A stretch of 64,000 nt of DNA from NCBI GenBank assembly GCA_032718475.1, contig JAUCBJ010000412.1, positions 37,414-101,413 of the forward strand. Direction: 5' to 3'. Below the pieces are notes generated by a model. The model was not told where the DNA came from. It searched no databases and worked only from the letters and a program-made list of their open reading frames with translations. Source of the stretch: Nemertoderma westbladi. Lineage: Eukaryota > Animalia > Xenacoelomorpha. The translations under genes and the position numbers were made by a program. Below, in pieces: positions 11,311-24,907 of this stretch; the first letter of the stretch is position 1, and the number at the start of each line of letters is the position of its first letter.

Positions 11311-12979
11311 ACATACAGACATATACCCGCATAAAACACATACGCACTTTTATTGTTTATTTTTGCCTTTTCCAAAACAATACCTAAACGTTATAACGTT
11401 TATTGTTGTGGTTAGAAAGGCCGGCCCATGTAACCTGATCGTTTACATTATTATAAGAATCGGTAATAGGCTTGTCGGTAGTCGCTAGTCGGTCAGTCGG
11501 TGTAACATTTACAAACGCAGTTGTGTTAACATTTCAGTGGCCGACAGTTTACAGTCAGACAGTACTGCAGTAGGCGGTCAGGCGGTAGGCCTAAGCTATT
11601 CAGCTATTCTACAAACAGACATACCGCAGTACCGGCATACCGCTGTACCGGCTGACCGGTTGCCGGTACCTGGGTACTGGTACTGCAGTCAGGCAGTACT
11701 GTAGGCTATTTCAGTATTTGGTAGGTAAGGTTGTACGGTACCGGTTAATTTCACCGTTTATCTACTGACTCACTGATTTAGGATGATACAGTGATAGGGA
11801 GTAGGCCTACCCTATTCTATCAGTCTACAGGTCTATAGCTGTATACTGGTATAGGGAGGTAATTTTTATCCGCCAGTTCATTTATTTGTAGTGCTGTTTG
11901 GGTAGTATTGGGCGCCGATTGGGTGCCGTTTGCTGGCTTGCAGTTTGGGTGCGTTTACGTGTCGTTTGGGTGCCGTTTGGGTGCCGTTTGGGCATTGGGT
12001 GCGTTTCAGTCTGTGCGTTTGGCTGTTTGGGTAATTCAGTAATTAGTCACACGCACACCCATTTCACCATTTCCAGATTTCAGAACATGATTATCAGATT
12101 ATACAATTTCTGAATTTTATTTCAGTCCAACGGTTCTATCACTTTTGCGTAGGCCTACTGATCAGCTGATGGATGTTAGTGTATCATCCATCACAAGAGA
12201 CGTAACTTGAGAATTGTAGCCTATTATATCTTAATTTCATTTGTGCTATTTGTAAATACTGAAATATGTATTTATGTATGACAGTCTGACAGTTAGGGTA
12301 GGCAGTCGGGGAGAAGTTCAAATTTAGTTGAAATTTAAAAGTTTTTTTTTAAAATTCAACTTTAAAGTTGTAAATTCAACTCTAAAATGGCAGGCTGGCA
12401 GGAGGCCCAGAAGGCCCCCAAGTGCCAAGACGTGACAGATTTTAGGCCTATTGTTTTTATGGACAGATGACAGATGGATGTAAAACTATCTGCGCGTTCG
12501 CTTTCTACAGCCATTTTAAAAATGTTACTTTTTCCGAAAATTTCTTAAATAGGAAATATTTTTTGGACTTCCTATTTAGAGGTTTAACTTATTTCTTATT
12601 TAAAATATTTTATGTCTTGATTTTTCTTAATTAAGGAAAATGATGACTTGCCAGTTCAATTTAAGACGATGTTAAATGTAGTAAATAAAATACTAACAAA
12701 TTGCAAAATGATAGAGCAATATAGTAAATACTGAAATAAGTTAGTGTTATTGCTGTAGTCCTACTCGTGTTCGTGTAGGGCCTACCAGCCTACTTTCTGA
12801 CTGTACTGTAGGGTGTGTGATAAAAGCCTACAAGATACTAATGATATATAGCAGTAGAGCTGTATAGCATATAGGACTATCAGACTATGATATATGTCAA
12901 GGGGGAAATATATTTGCAGATTGCAGTCATTGTTGCTATTATCTGATTCTGATTATATACTACCGGCTGACCGGTATAT

Positions 12980-13420
12980 ATATTATTGTAAAAATATTTT
13001 TCCATCAATAATGATTAATTATTGTAAAAATATTATTGCATAAATAATTATTAATTATTAAAAAAAATATTATTGCATAAATAATTATTAATTATTGTAA
13101 AAATAATATAGCATCACATCAATCTGTCAATAGTTAATAATTATTTTAAAATATTATTACAAAGCAGCAAAGAAATTATTAATTAAGCCTACTGGTATTG
13201 TAAAAATAATATTGCATGAATAATTATTAATCTGTTAATTATTACAAAAATATTATTGCTTGATGCATAATTAATCATTAGGCCTAATTCTGTAATTATT
13301 ATAAAATAACATTGCATTAATTATTATAAAAAGAATATTGCAGTATTGCATTAATAATTATTAAATATTTTAAAATATTATTAATCAATAATTATTACTG
13401 TAATAATTATTGTAAAAATA
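12980..13420. repeat. Degenerate AT-rich tandem repeat (ATTATTGTAAAAATATTATTGCA-like)
   Basis: Recurrent motif visible in the sequence. Confidence 0.65.
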
Positions 13421-13519
13421 TCCCTCTGTGTTGGAGGGATGTAGTTTTATATTCTGTATTATCTAAAAATGCAAACCATATAGCCTAGACAGGACAGGAT
13501 AAGTACGGGCAAGTAAGAG

Positions 13520-13690
13520 GTAAGGTAAGGACAAGAACTGTTGCGGTGCAGAACTCCTTTACAAATCGTGTTGTGCCTGTTTGGAACAATCGGTACGCTA
13601 TTGTGACTGGTGACTTCCCCATAATTTGTGCTTGTGATAATATCTCAAAGATTTATGTAAACCGCATTAAAAATTTAATACTGGAAAATA
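13520..13690 (+). mobile_element. CR1-group LINE 3'-end remnant
   Basis: Translates to VRTRTVAVQNSFTNRVVPVWN, matching the F..RVV..WN.LP tail of CR1 ORF2. Confidence 0.6.
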
Positions 13691-14339
13691 TACGTAGTAG
13701 GCCTAGGCCTACTTAAAGCCGTAAGCAATATGCAGATATGACCATAACTACAGAACAGACTGACAGAACTAACTAAATGGCAATTAAATATCAATTATTG
13801 CCCGGCACATAATAAAATACTGAATTGAAAATTTATAATCCGGTTCCGATCAAAATGTTAGTTCCGCTCGTTCCTTACCCCCCCCCCCCCCCCTTATACC
13901 TTATTACCTATATACTTTTATACGTGTCATACAGTCATTCATCTACCTCATACATACATCAACATCATACACATGCATTGCAGCATTACATACCGCATAC
14001 GGATACATTACCGAACGTAATCAGGATCGAATGTAACATAGTTATTACGTATCGAACGTAACCGCAATTATGTTACATTGGATCCTATAACTATGTTACA
14101 TTCGATCTACAAAAAAAAGAACTAAGCTCGAATGTAACATTGCCATTTACAGATTTAAAGGAGCAGGTTACAGAGGCGTGTTGGGGGAACCAAAACAATA
14201 AACGAAAGTTAACACATGTTACAATATTATGCAGGTTACGTTTATTTAAAGGCTGAATATAATTCAGAAACCAATAAGCAGATACTGAGACTCCTGCAAT
14301 GCTATGAGGATTCCGATAAGTATTTCCTGTTGTTGAGAA

Positions 14340-15709
14340 ATCCACAGATGCGCTTAAGGGATCGTTTCTCTAGCACAATGATAGATGGGTTAATACGCGT
14401 TGGAGGAAGACTAACTAATGCTCCATTATCCTTTGACACTAAGTTTCCCATACTCATTAGAAATCTTGAAATACAAATCAAGATGATTGTAGATGTTCAC
14501 AGTAAGCTTTACCATGCTGGTAGAGAACGAGTTCTTAGCGAAATTCGAACTCGCTATTATTTTCATAAACCCCGTAGAGCTCTGAACCAAGTTCTTAGGA
14601 ACTGTATACCCTGTAGGAAAGCATTCAGTAGGCCTTTAACACAGCGAGAGGCAGAATTACCTAGGGAACGAGTAAGCTTCTACGAACCACCCTTCACAAA
14701 TACCGGTGTTGATTTATTTGGCCCTATTGAAGTATATCGTGCTAGGACTATAGTCAAGAGATGGTGTGTCATCTTTGTCTGTATGACTTGTAGAGCTATC
14801 CATCTCGATATGGTGAACGATCTATCTACCAACAGCTTCATACTGAGCTTACGCCGACAGATCGCTCGCTTTGGAACTAGTAACACGATGAGATCTGATA
14901 AGAGAACGAACTTCATTGGTGCCAACAATGAAATCAAGGCTTACGTCAAAGATTGGAACCAAAGACAGGTGGACGATCAGCTAAGGGTAACAGCTTCTAG
15001 CTGGACCTTCAACGCCGCCGACGCCCCTTGGTGGGGAGGAAGTTGGGAGAGATTAATCAGGAGCGTGAAGACCGCATTTCACTTTATAGTGCCGTGCCGC
15101 GCATATCTCACCGACGAACTTTTGCGGACGTTAATGGAGGAAATCGCCGCCTATCTCAACGAGAGACCGCTTATGCCAGTCTCATCGAGTCCCGACTCCC
15201 TAGAAGCGCTAACACCCGCGCATTTCCTACTGAAGAAACCTGTAGCCATGCTCCCACGATCGGAAATCACGGACGGAGACGAATACTGCCGACAAACTTG
15301 GCAACTTATGCAGTTGTTATCCCGTCGATTCGCTGACCATTTCGAAAAACATTATCTGCCTACGCTACAACTTCGAACAAAGTGGTTTGCGCAGCAAGAA
15401 AACGTCAGTGCCGGAGACATGGTCCTTATTGTGGAATCAGATCTTCCACGTAAGCGGTGGCAGACAGGTCGTATCATCGAGACTCACATCTCAGATGATG
15501 GTTTGGTGCGATCGGTAGAACTCGTCGTCATGCGACGTAACTTTAAGAAACCGGGAATTGTCTTTGAGACGCAGCAGCTCAATCGCCCAGTTGGTCGTTT
15601 ATGTTTACTGGAAAGAGACAGTGAACTCTCCGGAAACTATGGAAGGCAAGATACTCTTCCTACGACCACTTCCCTAATCCGACAAATATCTAGGGACTCC
15701 ATAACGTAA
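14340..15709 (+). pseudogene. 5'-truncated BEL/Pao integrase (second family)
   Basis: DGLIRVGGRL, H-x4-H...CxxC, GVDLFGP, RSDKRTNF (G to R), GGSWERLI. The first ~40 codons of the tracked ORF 14216 appear to come from an unrelated repeat. Confidence 0.9.
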
Positions 15710-15727
15710 TAACATATGGAGTGGGCG

Positions 15728-16030
15728 TGTGACTATATCATTTTATATTTGTTTTTATTTTTATATTTATGTATGTATTATTATGTACTTTTATTATAAT
15801 CGTTTTCTTTAATTTTATTTAGTAGAATGTTATTTTAGCGATTATCTAGTAGATTAGTGCAATATATATTAGTCTTATTACTTAATTACTTATATTATAT
15901 ATATTTAGTGCGACGGCGAGAAATAATCCTTTTTCTCTTTCCTTACTGTTCGTATTACATTATAAATACGTGACTACAGTAAGATGAAATATCCGTACTT
16001 ATTAAAGTACAATAAAGCTCCTACTATACT
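15728..16030 (+). mobile_element. Putative 3' LTR of the second BEL fragment
   Basis: GGAGTGGGCG purine-rich tract, then TGT, with AATAAA near 16011. End not defined. Confidence 0.45.
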
Positions 16031-16913
16031 CAAGTATTATTGGTAAGTAGAGTATTAGGAATGCAAAGTTCAGATCCTCGTGTCTCAGCTAAACCAAGCT
16101 CTGGGTAGACCTTGGAAACGACTTGCCTCTTCACACTGACATTGCTTCGTGCGATATTGCTCCTCTACCTTATATTAAATAATACATATAGTAGCGTGAT
16201 GTCCCCTTAACAGTAGCGTAAAACGCAAAATAAATCTGTTGAACCCTTTGACCATCTGCAATTCTAGTCGATTAAGATATCGCGGCACCCACCGATATAC
16301 TTGAAAGACAAAATTCTAGAATCAATGGTTAACGTCCCCAGACAAGTTCTGGAATAAACCGGTGCCCATCTTAAATATTAACTATTAATATTTATAAAAT
16401 ATGTCAAACAAATACAATAGAGTAAATACTTACAACTGAAACAACTGAAATAAATGTATGTTACATTCGGGCTTAGTAGCCTAATTTGTAGATCGAATGT
16501 AACATAGTTAGTTATAGGATCCAATACATAATTGAGGTTACGTTCAATTCGTAAAAACTATGTTACATTCGATCCTGATTACGTTCGGTCTGTCACCCAC
16601 CGCATACTGGTATAGGCCTACAATATTACATACCGTATTACAAATAGACAGTACATTTTACAATACCATTCGGATGTCTTGTCTATTTCCGTGAATAGGG
16701 TATAGGGCCTTCGCCGTCACTTTGATAAACATAACATAAGTATTGAAGTTAGTCAGTGTATTCCTCTGTTAGCTACTACTGCCAGACTGCTACGTGGTGC
16801 TACGTACGTCCTCAGTTATTTCCAGGTTAGTTTGTGTATATGCGAATTCGCCATCAGTGCGTCACTTAATATTAAAGTTACATTGGACAAGGACTCGATA
16901 TAAAACAAATAAT

Positions 16914-17729
16914 ATGCTTAGGTATATGAACAAAAAAGATGGGAAAGAGGCGAAGGTATTTAATAATGTAACAGAGGGGTTGAAGCATTTATATGACACC
17001 AGAATTTATCCTCTAGAAGAGCACTATAAGTTCAATGAGTTCCATTCTCCCTTTCTTTCCGACTCAGACTTCACGGCTAAACCGATGGTACTCGTCGTAG
17101 GTCAATATTCAACCGGGAAGACCACATTCCTCCATTACCTATTGGAGGAAAAGATCCCACACTCTAAAATCGGTCCGGAGATGACGACGGATAAATTCCA
17201 CGCGATTCAATTCGGTGAACACGAAGGCCACATCCCAGGGAACGCGTTGGTACACGATAAGAAACGACCGTTCGCGAGTTTATCTCTGTACGGGAACTCC
17301 TTCCTTAACCGGTTCCACTGCACTGTCATGCCTAACCAGGTGCTCGAGTCTATCAGTCTGGTAGATTCGCCCGGGATCCTATCGGGAGAGGAGCAGCGTC
17401 TCGATCGCGGATACGATTTCACCGCGGTCCTCACCTGGTTCGCACACCGCGTCGACCGCATTATTCTACTGTTCGACGCTCACAAACTCGATATCTCCGA
17501 CGAGTTCAGGCGGGCGATCCAGGCCTTGAAGGGCAACGACGATAAGATCAGGATCGTGCTTAACAAAGCTGATCGCGTCGACGATCAGGAGCTCATGCGG
17601 GTTTACGGGGCGTTGATGTGGTCGTTAGGGAAGGTAATAAACACGCCGGAGGTTGCTAGGGTATACATCGGTTCCTACTGGGACCATCCTTTGCACATAG
17701 ACACCAACAGGAAGCTGTTTGAGAAGGAG
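16914..17729 (+). CDS. EHD1: EH-domain-containing protein (EHD1/Past1/RME-1 family), exon 1
   Basis: P-loop GQYSTGKT, DSPGILSG, DAHKLDISDEF, LNKAD. Phase-0 donor GTCAGT at 17730. Confidence 0.95.
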
Positions 17730-18507
17730 GTCAGTCTAATAACTAACATTAAACGTTTATCCTGGAGCCTATTTTAGTTGTTTATTTATGTAGCTGGCTG
17801 ACTGTTAAACTATTAATGGTTTACTAATAGTAACAACAACTACAAATATTTTTTCACGTACCGGTACCGGTAGCTTTTGAGAGTAGATATGATAGGCCTA
17901 TTAATTTCTCCTACACTAGACCAAGCGCAAGCGGCAGCTTTGTCTAGGGGTCAGGAGGAAATGGGAACTAGAGCAAATTGGGAAGCAGAGGAAGCAAAGA
18001 CACCCTGGGACCCTGGTTATATTGGATGGGAATACCGTATAGTACATATTTATTCGGTGGAAGATCTCCCATAGTGGTGAGCAGACATTCCTTAATGAGC
18101 CTACAATATTCCTCCATTTATTTATTAATCAGTGTTAAATACCTCTTATTTATTGCTACCTTTTTATTAGGTATATAATCAAATCATTGATTAAACTGGG
18201 ACCAGTAAGTAAGAGTTAACTAGTTACTAGGAAATAGTGCCATTACTACCCCGGTAACACTCAGACCGAGTATGAGTGTTTCCGTTGATTTTTATCTAGT
18301 CGCTCTGCAGTTCGTTTTTCCGATTGAAAGATGAAAGATGACGTTGTGACTTGTAAGGATCCCAAATATATACTAAAATTTAAATTTTAGCTGTAAATGT
18401 TACAAGCTTGGTGGGACTACTGAGACACCACTAATGCTGTACCTATAGTGTCTGGAGCTGGTTCATTGTATTTGACTCAATGGACTAGGCAGTTTTATTC
18501 TACATCC

Positions 18508-18660
18508 CTAATGTGACTTCCAAACCCTGAACACTTCCAATGGTGCCCATGTCTCCCCCTTACGTTTACGAAGGTCTTCACTTGACTTCATCATCCATGA
18601 TGCCAAGTGGCAGAAGTCATCCACGTGCTCAAGCACACCACCCGTAGATCTTATGCTCAT
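18508..18660 (-). mobile_element. RTE-type LINE RT fragment in the EHD intron
   Basis: LEHVDDFCHLASWM..SSEDLRKRKGETW resembles the LE.VDDFKYLGSW motif. Confidence 0.7.
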
Positions 18661-19297
18661 ACGATCAAAGTTGAAGAAGAAGAACATCACAACCCCCTGT
18701 TAGTCAGTATGTCGGTACATTCAATTATCACGAAGAAGAAGAAGACTGGCTAAATAATGAAAGCAATAAATACAATTCAGACGCACCCACTGTGGAGGAG
18801 GGAGGTGAAACTATGTCTGTTTCTAATTTCATGCAATCTAATCTTATTGCGATTTTTTTTACAAGATCCTGTCACTACCCCCAATCACCTTTTGCGATTT
18901 TATCTATAATTAATTATAAATTTTTGATTTTCCGATATGGGATGTATCTTAAAAGCACTTACCGTCTCTAATTCAATAAATAGTCAGTGCACCCTGGGAT
19001 GAGGCTTAAGGCAGGGATTTTATTTAGACCTAAATTTGTGCTTGTTAGAGAATGATTGAAGAGATTATGTGTCTAACTTCCCTCTCAATGTAATATGATT
19101 TTTAGGTACATTAAACTCCATATCACCTTTACTGTCTACAGTATGAGTGTCGGCAGTATGAATGTTTGTGTTTAGATATACTTGGTGTTGGTGTGGGTTG
19201 CCTGTAGTTAAATTACGGTGAGGATTAGCCTAGATAATCTTGTCTGAGATGTGGTGTATTTAATTATCACTAATGTATATATGCACACGAAAAAAAA

Positions 19298-19542
19298 GGG
19301 GGGGGGGGGGGGGGGGCACAATTCACATCTTGGCGAATTCATATCTCGCATCAATGTTATTCTCTCAATTTAGGGAAAGGAGTAGTTAGCAGTTTACCGT
19401 AATTCTAACCAAAACAATAAAGGAATCCCAACAGATAAGGTTTTATTTTTGGGAGTAATCAACTGTTATTTGCATAGAATTTCCCTTGGAGTGTGGTGAA
19501 TTTATATTGTGTCGAAATCCCCCCCCCCCCCCCCCCCCCCCC
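19298..19542. mobile_element. ~245-bp G-run/C-run-terminated MITE, copy 1
   Basis: Colinear with copies at 24457-24701 and 59804-60047. Confidence 0.75.
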
Positions 19543-19629
19543 TTATCTGATGTACACAATGTCTGTGTGTCAATCTATCCTAGTTTACAGTTTCACAGAG
19601 TTTTAAATGGATTATTATTATTATTTTAG

Positions 19630-20430
19630 AGAACTGATCTGTTTGACGATCTTAAAAGCCTCCCTAAGAACGCGGCGGTTCGGAAACTAAACGATCTTAT
19701 TAAACGCTCTCGTCTCGCCATCGTCCACGCGCACATCATCAGCAGCCTCAGGAACGATATGCCGTCGATGTGGGGCAAAGAGAAAGCCAAACAGAACCTC
19801 ATTGATAAATTACACGAGACCTTCTTTCGGATCCAGAAAGAAACCAACGTTTCTGCCGGTGACTTTCCCGACATCCATCAGATGCGCGAGAAACTAAAGG
19901 ACTACGACTTCAGCAAGTTCCACCACATGAACCAGAAGCTCGTCAACCGAGTTCACGACATGTTGAGCTCGGAGATCTCTCAGCTGATGGCGTTGATACA
20001 GTCGGAAGAGCAGCAGTCGACACCGCAGGAGCGCCGGGTGCGGGGTGGGGCGTTCGAGGGCGAGGAGGACTCGCCCTTTGCCGCGGGCTACGGGGAGGGT
20101 ACGGGAGCGGGTCTGGGGGAACAGCGGTGGATCGTTGAGGACAATATGAACAACTACGAGCGGTTGTTCGACAGTCTGGGCCCGATAGACGGACGGGTCA
20201 GTGGCGCCGCCGCCAAGAAGGAGATGTTGAAGTCGAAACTCCCCAACACTCTCCTCGGGAGGATCTGGAAACTCTCGGATATCGACCGGGATGGTATGCT
20301 CGATCTGGAGGAGTTTGGATTGGCTATGCATCTCATTAACGTAAAGTTGGAAGGACATGATCTCCCTTCTTATGATAAACTACCGGGCCATTTAATTCCG
20401 CCAAGTAAACGAGGTTTCATAAATGATTGA
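19630..20430 (+). CDS. EHD1: EHD family protein, exon 2 (helical region and EH domain); total ~538 aa
   Basis: Acceptor TTTTAG at 19629, then in-frame RTDLFDDLKSLPKNAAVRKLNDLIKR and EH domain KSKLPN..LGRIWKLSDIDRDGMLD..EF...LIPPSKR. Confidence 0.95.
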   Translation, partial: RTDLFDDLKSLPKNAAVRKLNDLIKRSRLAIVHAHIISSLRNDMPSMWGKEKAKQNLIDKLHETFFRIQKETNVSAGDFPDIHQMREKLKDYDFSKFHHMNQKLVNRVHDMLSSEISQLMALIQSEEQQSTPQERRVRGGAFEGEEDSPFAAGYGEGTGAGLGEQRWIVEDNMNNYERLFDSLGPIDGRVSGAAAKKEMLKSKLPNTLLGRIWKLSDIDRDGMLDLEEFGLAMHLINVKLEGHDLPSYDKLPGHLIPPSKRGFIND

Positions 20431-23400
20431 TTTAGTGTAGCCCCTATAATTTTATCACCAGCATTTTATTTCCTTTAAAGAAGAAGCGATGTGTTTATAT
20501 ATATATATTGTGACACACCAAGTTTCGTGGAGAGGGAAAGGCGGGTGTCCCATAACATTGTTTGCTTCAGTTTTTTCAAAAATCGATTACCATACTTTTC
20601 TCGCTAGCTCAAATGATAACTATTATTATTTTTTCTAGTGACAATCAAAATTGTATCGCTCCGCTTATCTTTAAAAATATTCACGACATGGAATATATAT
20701 ATTGCTTTCAGTGTTAGTGATAGTGGGTAACAGTGGTGTTTGGGACACCCTGTGACCCTGGTTATATTGGATGGGAATACCGTATAGTACATATTTATTC
20801 GGTTTCAGCTTTGTATTTGCTTTGCTTTGAGTTAGAAAATTAAAAGCAATATTTATCAATTATTTAAAAAAAATATTACATTTTGCATGTTTCCACGTTT
20901 AATTCAACTTTATTTCCAAATTCGAATTCGAACCTTATTATTGTGTAAGTTAAGTTTCCAGTGACTTCTATACTGAAGATTCGCAGTATTTATTGTCATT
21001 TATTTCCCGATATCTTCCCTTCATAATATACTAATTTTTTCCCTTTGTAAAATGTGTCACCTTTGAATCCTATCGTTATCCGATCGGCCCGCTATGTCGC
21101 CGTCGGATTAAACTGTTTTCTGGAATGTTGGCCTATATCCATTCAATGTACCTTAGATTCCATACCGGATACATCTCTAGACGTTTGTCTAATTCCTCGA
21201 ATTTAATATCGTTTCATATATCCTTAGGATTCTAATGATATAATATTAAGTGACTCGAATATTTTTATTGATTTGTTTTCCTCGACTACTATTGATTGAT
21301 GTAGAACGTTTTGTACCGATCGTCTTTGTAAAAGTCCAAATAAGTTAAAACTTTTATAAGAAAGATTTTATTATTATCACCTGACTAGAAGAGGCTATAA
21401 CAACATTTTCAAATAATAATATAGTTAATAATAGTTTAATATTGTATTAGGCTTATAATTTTGTTTCATCATTAGTGGCATCTATTTAGTCTAATTTTAA
21501 TGATTGATATTTGGAAATAAATTTCTACTTGAAGCCGAATTAATCTTGACAATGAAGATTCATTAATCATAATTCATCATTATCATCATAAGTTAATCAT
21601 TTTTCTACATAAAACAACGGCATGTCGTTAGTAGTAACGTTTGTCTACTCAGCTATAACTTATGATTTCATTATCTGAGCTATTATTACAATTAATTACG
21701 TATTCGAGCCGCCGTAGAATGGAAACATTTAATCCATTATTACTGCGATTCTATTACGTTTTATTGATATCTTGCTGTGACTCACCGTCATATTGTATGG
21801 AGTTGATTACTCGAGAGGAAGTATTTCAGTTAATTTTAATCGGACATTGAACTTTTCTCTCCTACTCACGCTGATATTATCAGGCAGACAATACAATACA
21901 TTGGCATTGTGGCTATGGGTAGACTACACTTCAGTTGCATTGTGTGTGCAATGAGTGGTCTGTTGTCATTGGTTTCTCTATATGCATGAAAATGTCAGGT
22001 GTCTGTCTATTATGTAATATAATGTTATAAGGTGCGTTAATAATAATCGGGAACCACAGTGATAGATTTCGTATAATGTATCAAAATCTCGAATATTTTT
22101 AGATGATTACTTATTGGGAAGCCGCGTATCGTATACAATGGAAGTTGTTCGTTATCGGTACCCCGCGGGAGTTTCTTGATAATAATGTTTGGTTTCTTAC
22201 TTCCTGTAATGCTGTTCTCCTTTAAGAAATTAGAGAAATATTTTCGTAAAATAGTTTGAATTTTTTAAAAACTTTTCTTTACTAAACTTTAGTACTTTTG
22301 CCAGATTTCATACAAATATATTTCGATCCTCTAATCCTAAAGGAACAAGACAGAGGTCTTAGTTCTCAATATTTTTCATACATTGTGTAGAAGGCCAGCT
22401 CAATATTTATTGCCTAGCTGATAATTATTAATTAACTCACATTCTAAATATCCCTAATAGACTAATTTAAACTGCGATTTCTCGATATAAATTTTATCTT
22501 TATGTAGTAATCACTTACACAAGTTCGAACTTACCTTGAGTTGTACCATCCCGAACCTGTTGTGCAATATGTCAATGATGGATCACCCACTCTTGTTTTG
22601 AACTTGTCTATAATCCCAAACTAATGGTCTCAACATCGAATGAGCTAATGATCCAAACCCACATATCACAATTTCATTTTTGTTCTATTAGTGACAAAAT
22701 AATACCAACTGATATTAAGTTTAAGTTTTAAACCACTTTCAACGGCATAAATATTTATCAGAATAACAAAGGGACATTTTTTATGATTTTGACACTTTTC
22801 TAAAGTACACTGCTATTTATTGGAGGTTCTCATTTTCGATAAATTGCTACAACCTACTAAAAATACTGAGAGCAATTATGCAAATTTCAGGTTATATGTA
22901 TTTGAGCAGGGTTAATTCGTTAGTCGCTTTGCTTCAATTTATTGAATTATTTTTGGTTACTTTTGCTGTTTTGGCATGGTGTTAATAAATTTGTTGGGAA
23001 TTCAGTTTTTGCTGAATGCGTTTTTCTGGTAAATTTTTTGTAAATGGTAGCCTAGCAACCCCTACGTATAGGTGCTGGTTATAAATCAATCAACTCATCT
23101 ATTTAAATATAATTATTCCATTAGTTTATCCATTGTTATCATCTCTAGCTTGTCTTTCCATGCCATTATTATATACTTAATCCTTAAATTATTTTAATTA
23201 TTTTACCATTACCATAATAATTGCCTATTAATATTTAGTCATGTGATGAATACGGGTGCTTCGATTTATCCCCATGTGCTTTTCGTTTGTTTTTTTTGTT
23301 TGCGTCTACCTATAGAATACGGTATATTGTTGTTATTTATCTTGTATTTGTAAACAATTAATGTTTAGTTGTATTTTTAATTGTGTCAATCTGCATTAAA

Positions 23401-24456
23401 TGCATTAAACACTGGGGCGTAGTGCTGTATAAATAATTTGTTAATTGTCGCATGGGTTACGTAACGTAGCACGTTGCACTATTGCATCGTTTTAGTTCTG
23501 TAACTATATTTACAACATTGTCTGAAAAGTAGCACTTTTCATCGTTATGACCCGAATGTATATTTTAGTTTTACATAAATAAACAAGGTTCATATAGGCT
23601 GAATAGTGCAGTGCCCTTTTCATGTACGTAATTTGTTACATTGTATCAACTTATCGCGGTTCTGAATGCCTAAACTTATTAAACTCTCTAATATTGAGAT
23701 GTTAAGGAATATTGACTAAGTTCTTATTCAGTTATTCAACCAATTGTAGTTACTACTACAGCAACTGTTCGCTAAACGATCTATCTTACACTTTTCATAC
23801 AATTGCCTATCATCCTCTTTGAGCAATGGAGAATACTCAAGACATGTTCTAGTCGTTTCTAAGTTATGGGTGGTTAATGTACAGCCTTCCCTTCCGACAT
23901 ATGCTGTAACGCTGCGAAAAGGTACTTTGCGGCGTTACGAGGGTATCACAGCGCTGATAAGGTGATATAATGTAACAAACGTTATGTATTGGTTAAACTT
24001 GATCGTGTTAAACTTCGAACTAATTCTAATTAATATTATTAAAATTATAATAATATAGTATTAGTTTGCTTTATAAAAATATATTAATTATACTTGGGGG
24101 GGGGGGGGGGGGGGGGGTCGTAAGTTAATTGGCGAAATTAATCTAATAAATAAGGAATTAAATTCATCTATAATTAGACATTGTTTTTAATTTGAAACAA
24201 CAATATCATTATTTTATTCAAAAATTGAAACATTTATTTTCTCAGTCAGTTTCAACAGCGTCAAAATAAGTTTTACTTTTATATCCGCTCACACTTTTTT
24301 ACGCTCACCCTGACACTATTACTTTAAGTGAACCAAGGTACCGGTACAACTGCTATTGTCAAATTTTATTTTCACATTCCTATATAATATACTGTGCTGT
24401 TGTCGGTAGCAATCAGCATATCAAACATCAGTATACCTACCCCCAGTATTGGAGAC

Positions 24457-24701
24457 GGGGGGGGGGGGGGGGGGGGGGGTTGGACCGAAAACCCGCCTTG
24501 GCGAATTAATATCCCGCCTCAATGTTAAATTTTCAATTTAGGGAAAGGAGCAGGTTACAGTGCCACGTTATTTTAACCAAAACAATAAACTAAGTACAAT
24601 AGAAGAGGAAACAGTTTTATTTTTGAGAGTAATCAGCTGTTACTTGCGTCAAATTTCCCCTGGAGAGGGATGAATTTTTATTGCGTCCAGTTTCTATCCC
24701 C
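24457..24701. mobile_element. G-run MITE, copy 2
   Basis: Shares the core GGGAAAGGAGCAGGTTACAG...AACCAAAACAATAAAC...TTCCCCTGGAGAGGGATG with the other copies. Confidence 0.8.
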
Positions 24702-24907
24702 TATCTTCAGCCCCTATCTTCAGTATTGATGCATATATTCTTTCATTTGCACGGCATACGCCCCGGCAGGCTATAATTAAAACGGTCAATAATCAAAAAA
24801 ATAAATCAATAAATCAGTAAATCAATAAAACAATAAATCAATAAAAGTCAGGTCACTCAAAGACACCATGGTGATAGTTAGCTCTGTGTGTACCTAGTCA
24901 TGAGTTA

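Larger units (their letters stand above)
14001..16598. mobile_element. Mutator/MULE-like element with ~140-bp TIRs and 9-bp TSD, containing a BEL integrase fragment
   Basis: 14001-14140 is the reverse complement of ~16458-16598. ACCGCATAC flanks both sides (13992-14000, 16599-16607). Termini GG...CC. Confidence 0.85.

Noticed and set aside
16794-16913. N-terminal extension of EHD in the ORF track
   Set aside because: Starts at GTG; family similarity begins at ATG 16914.
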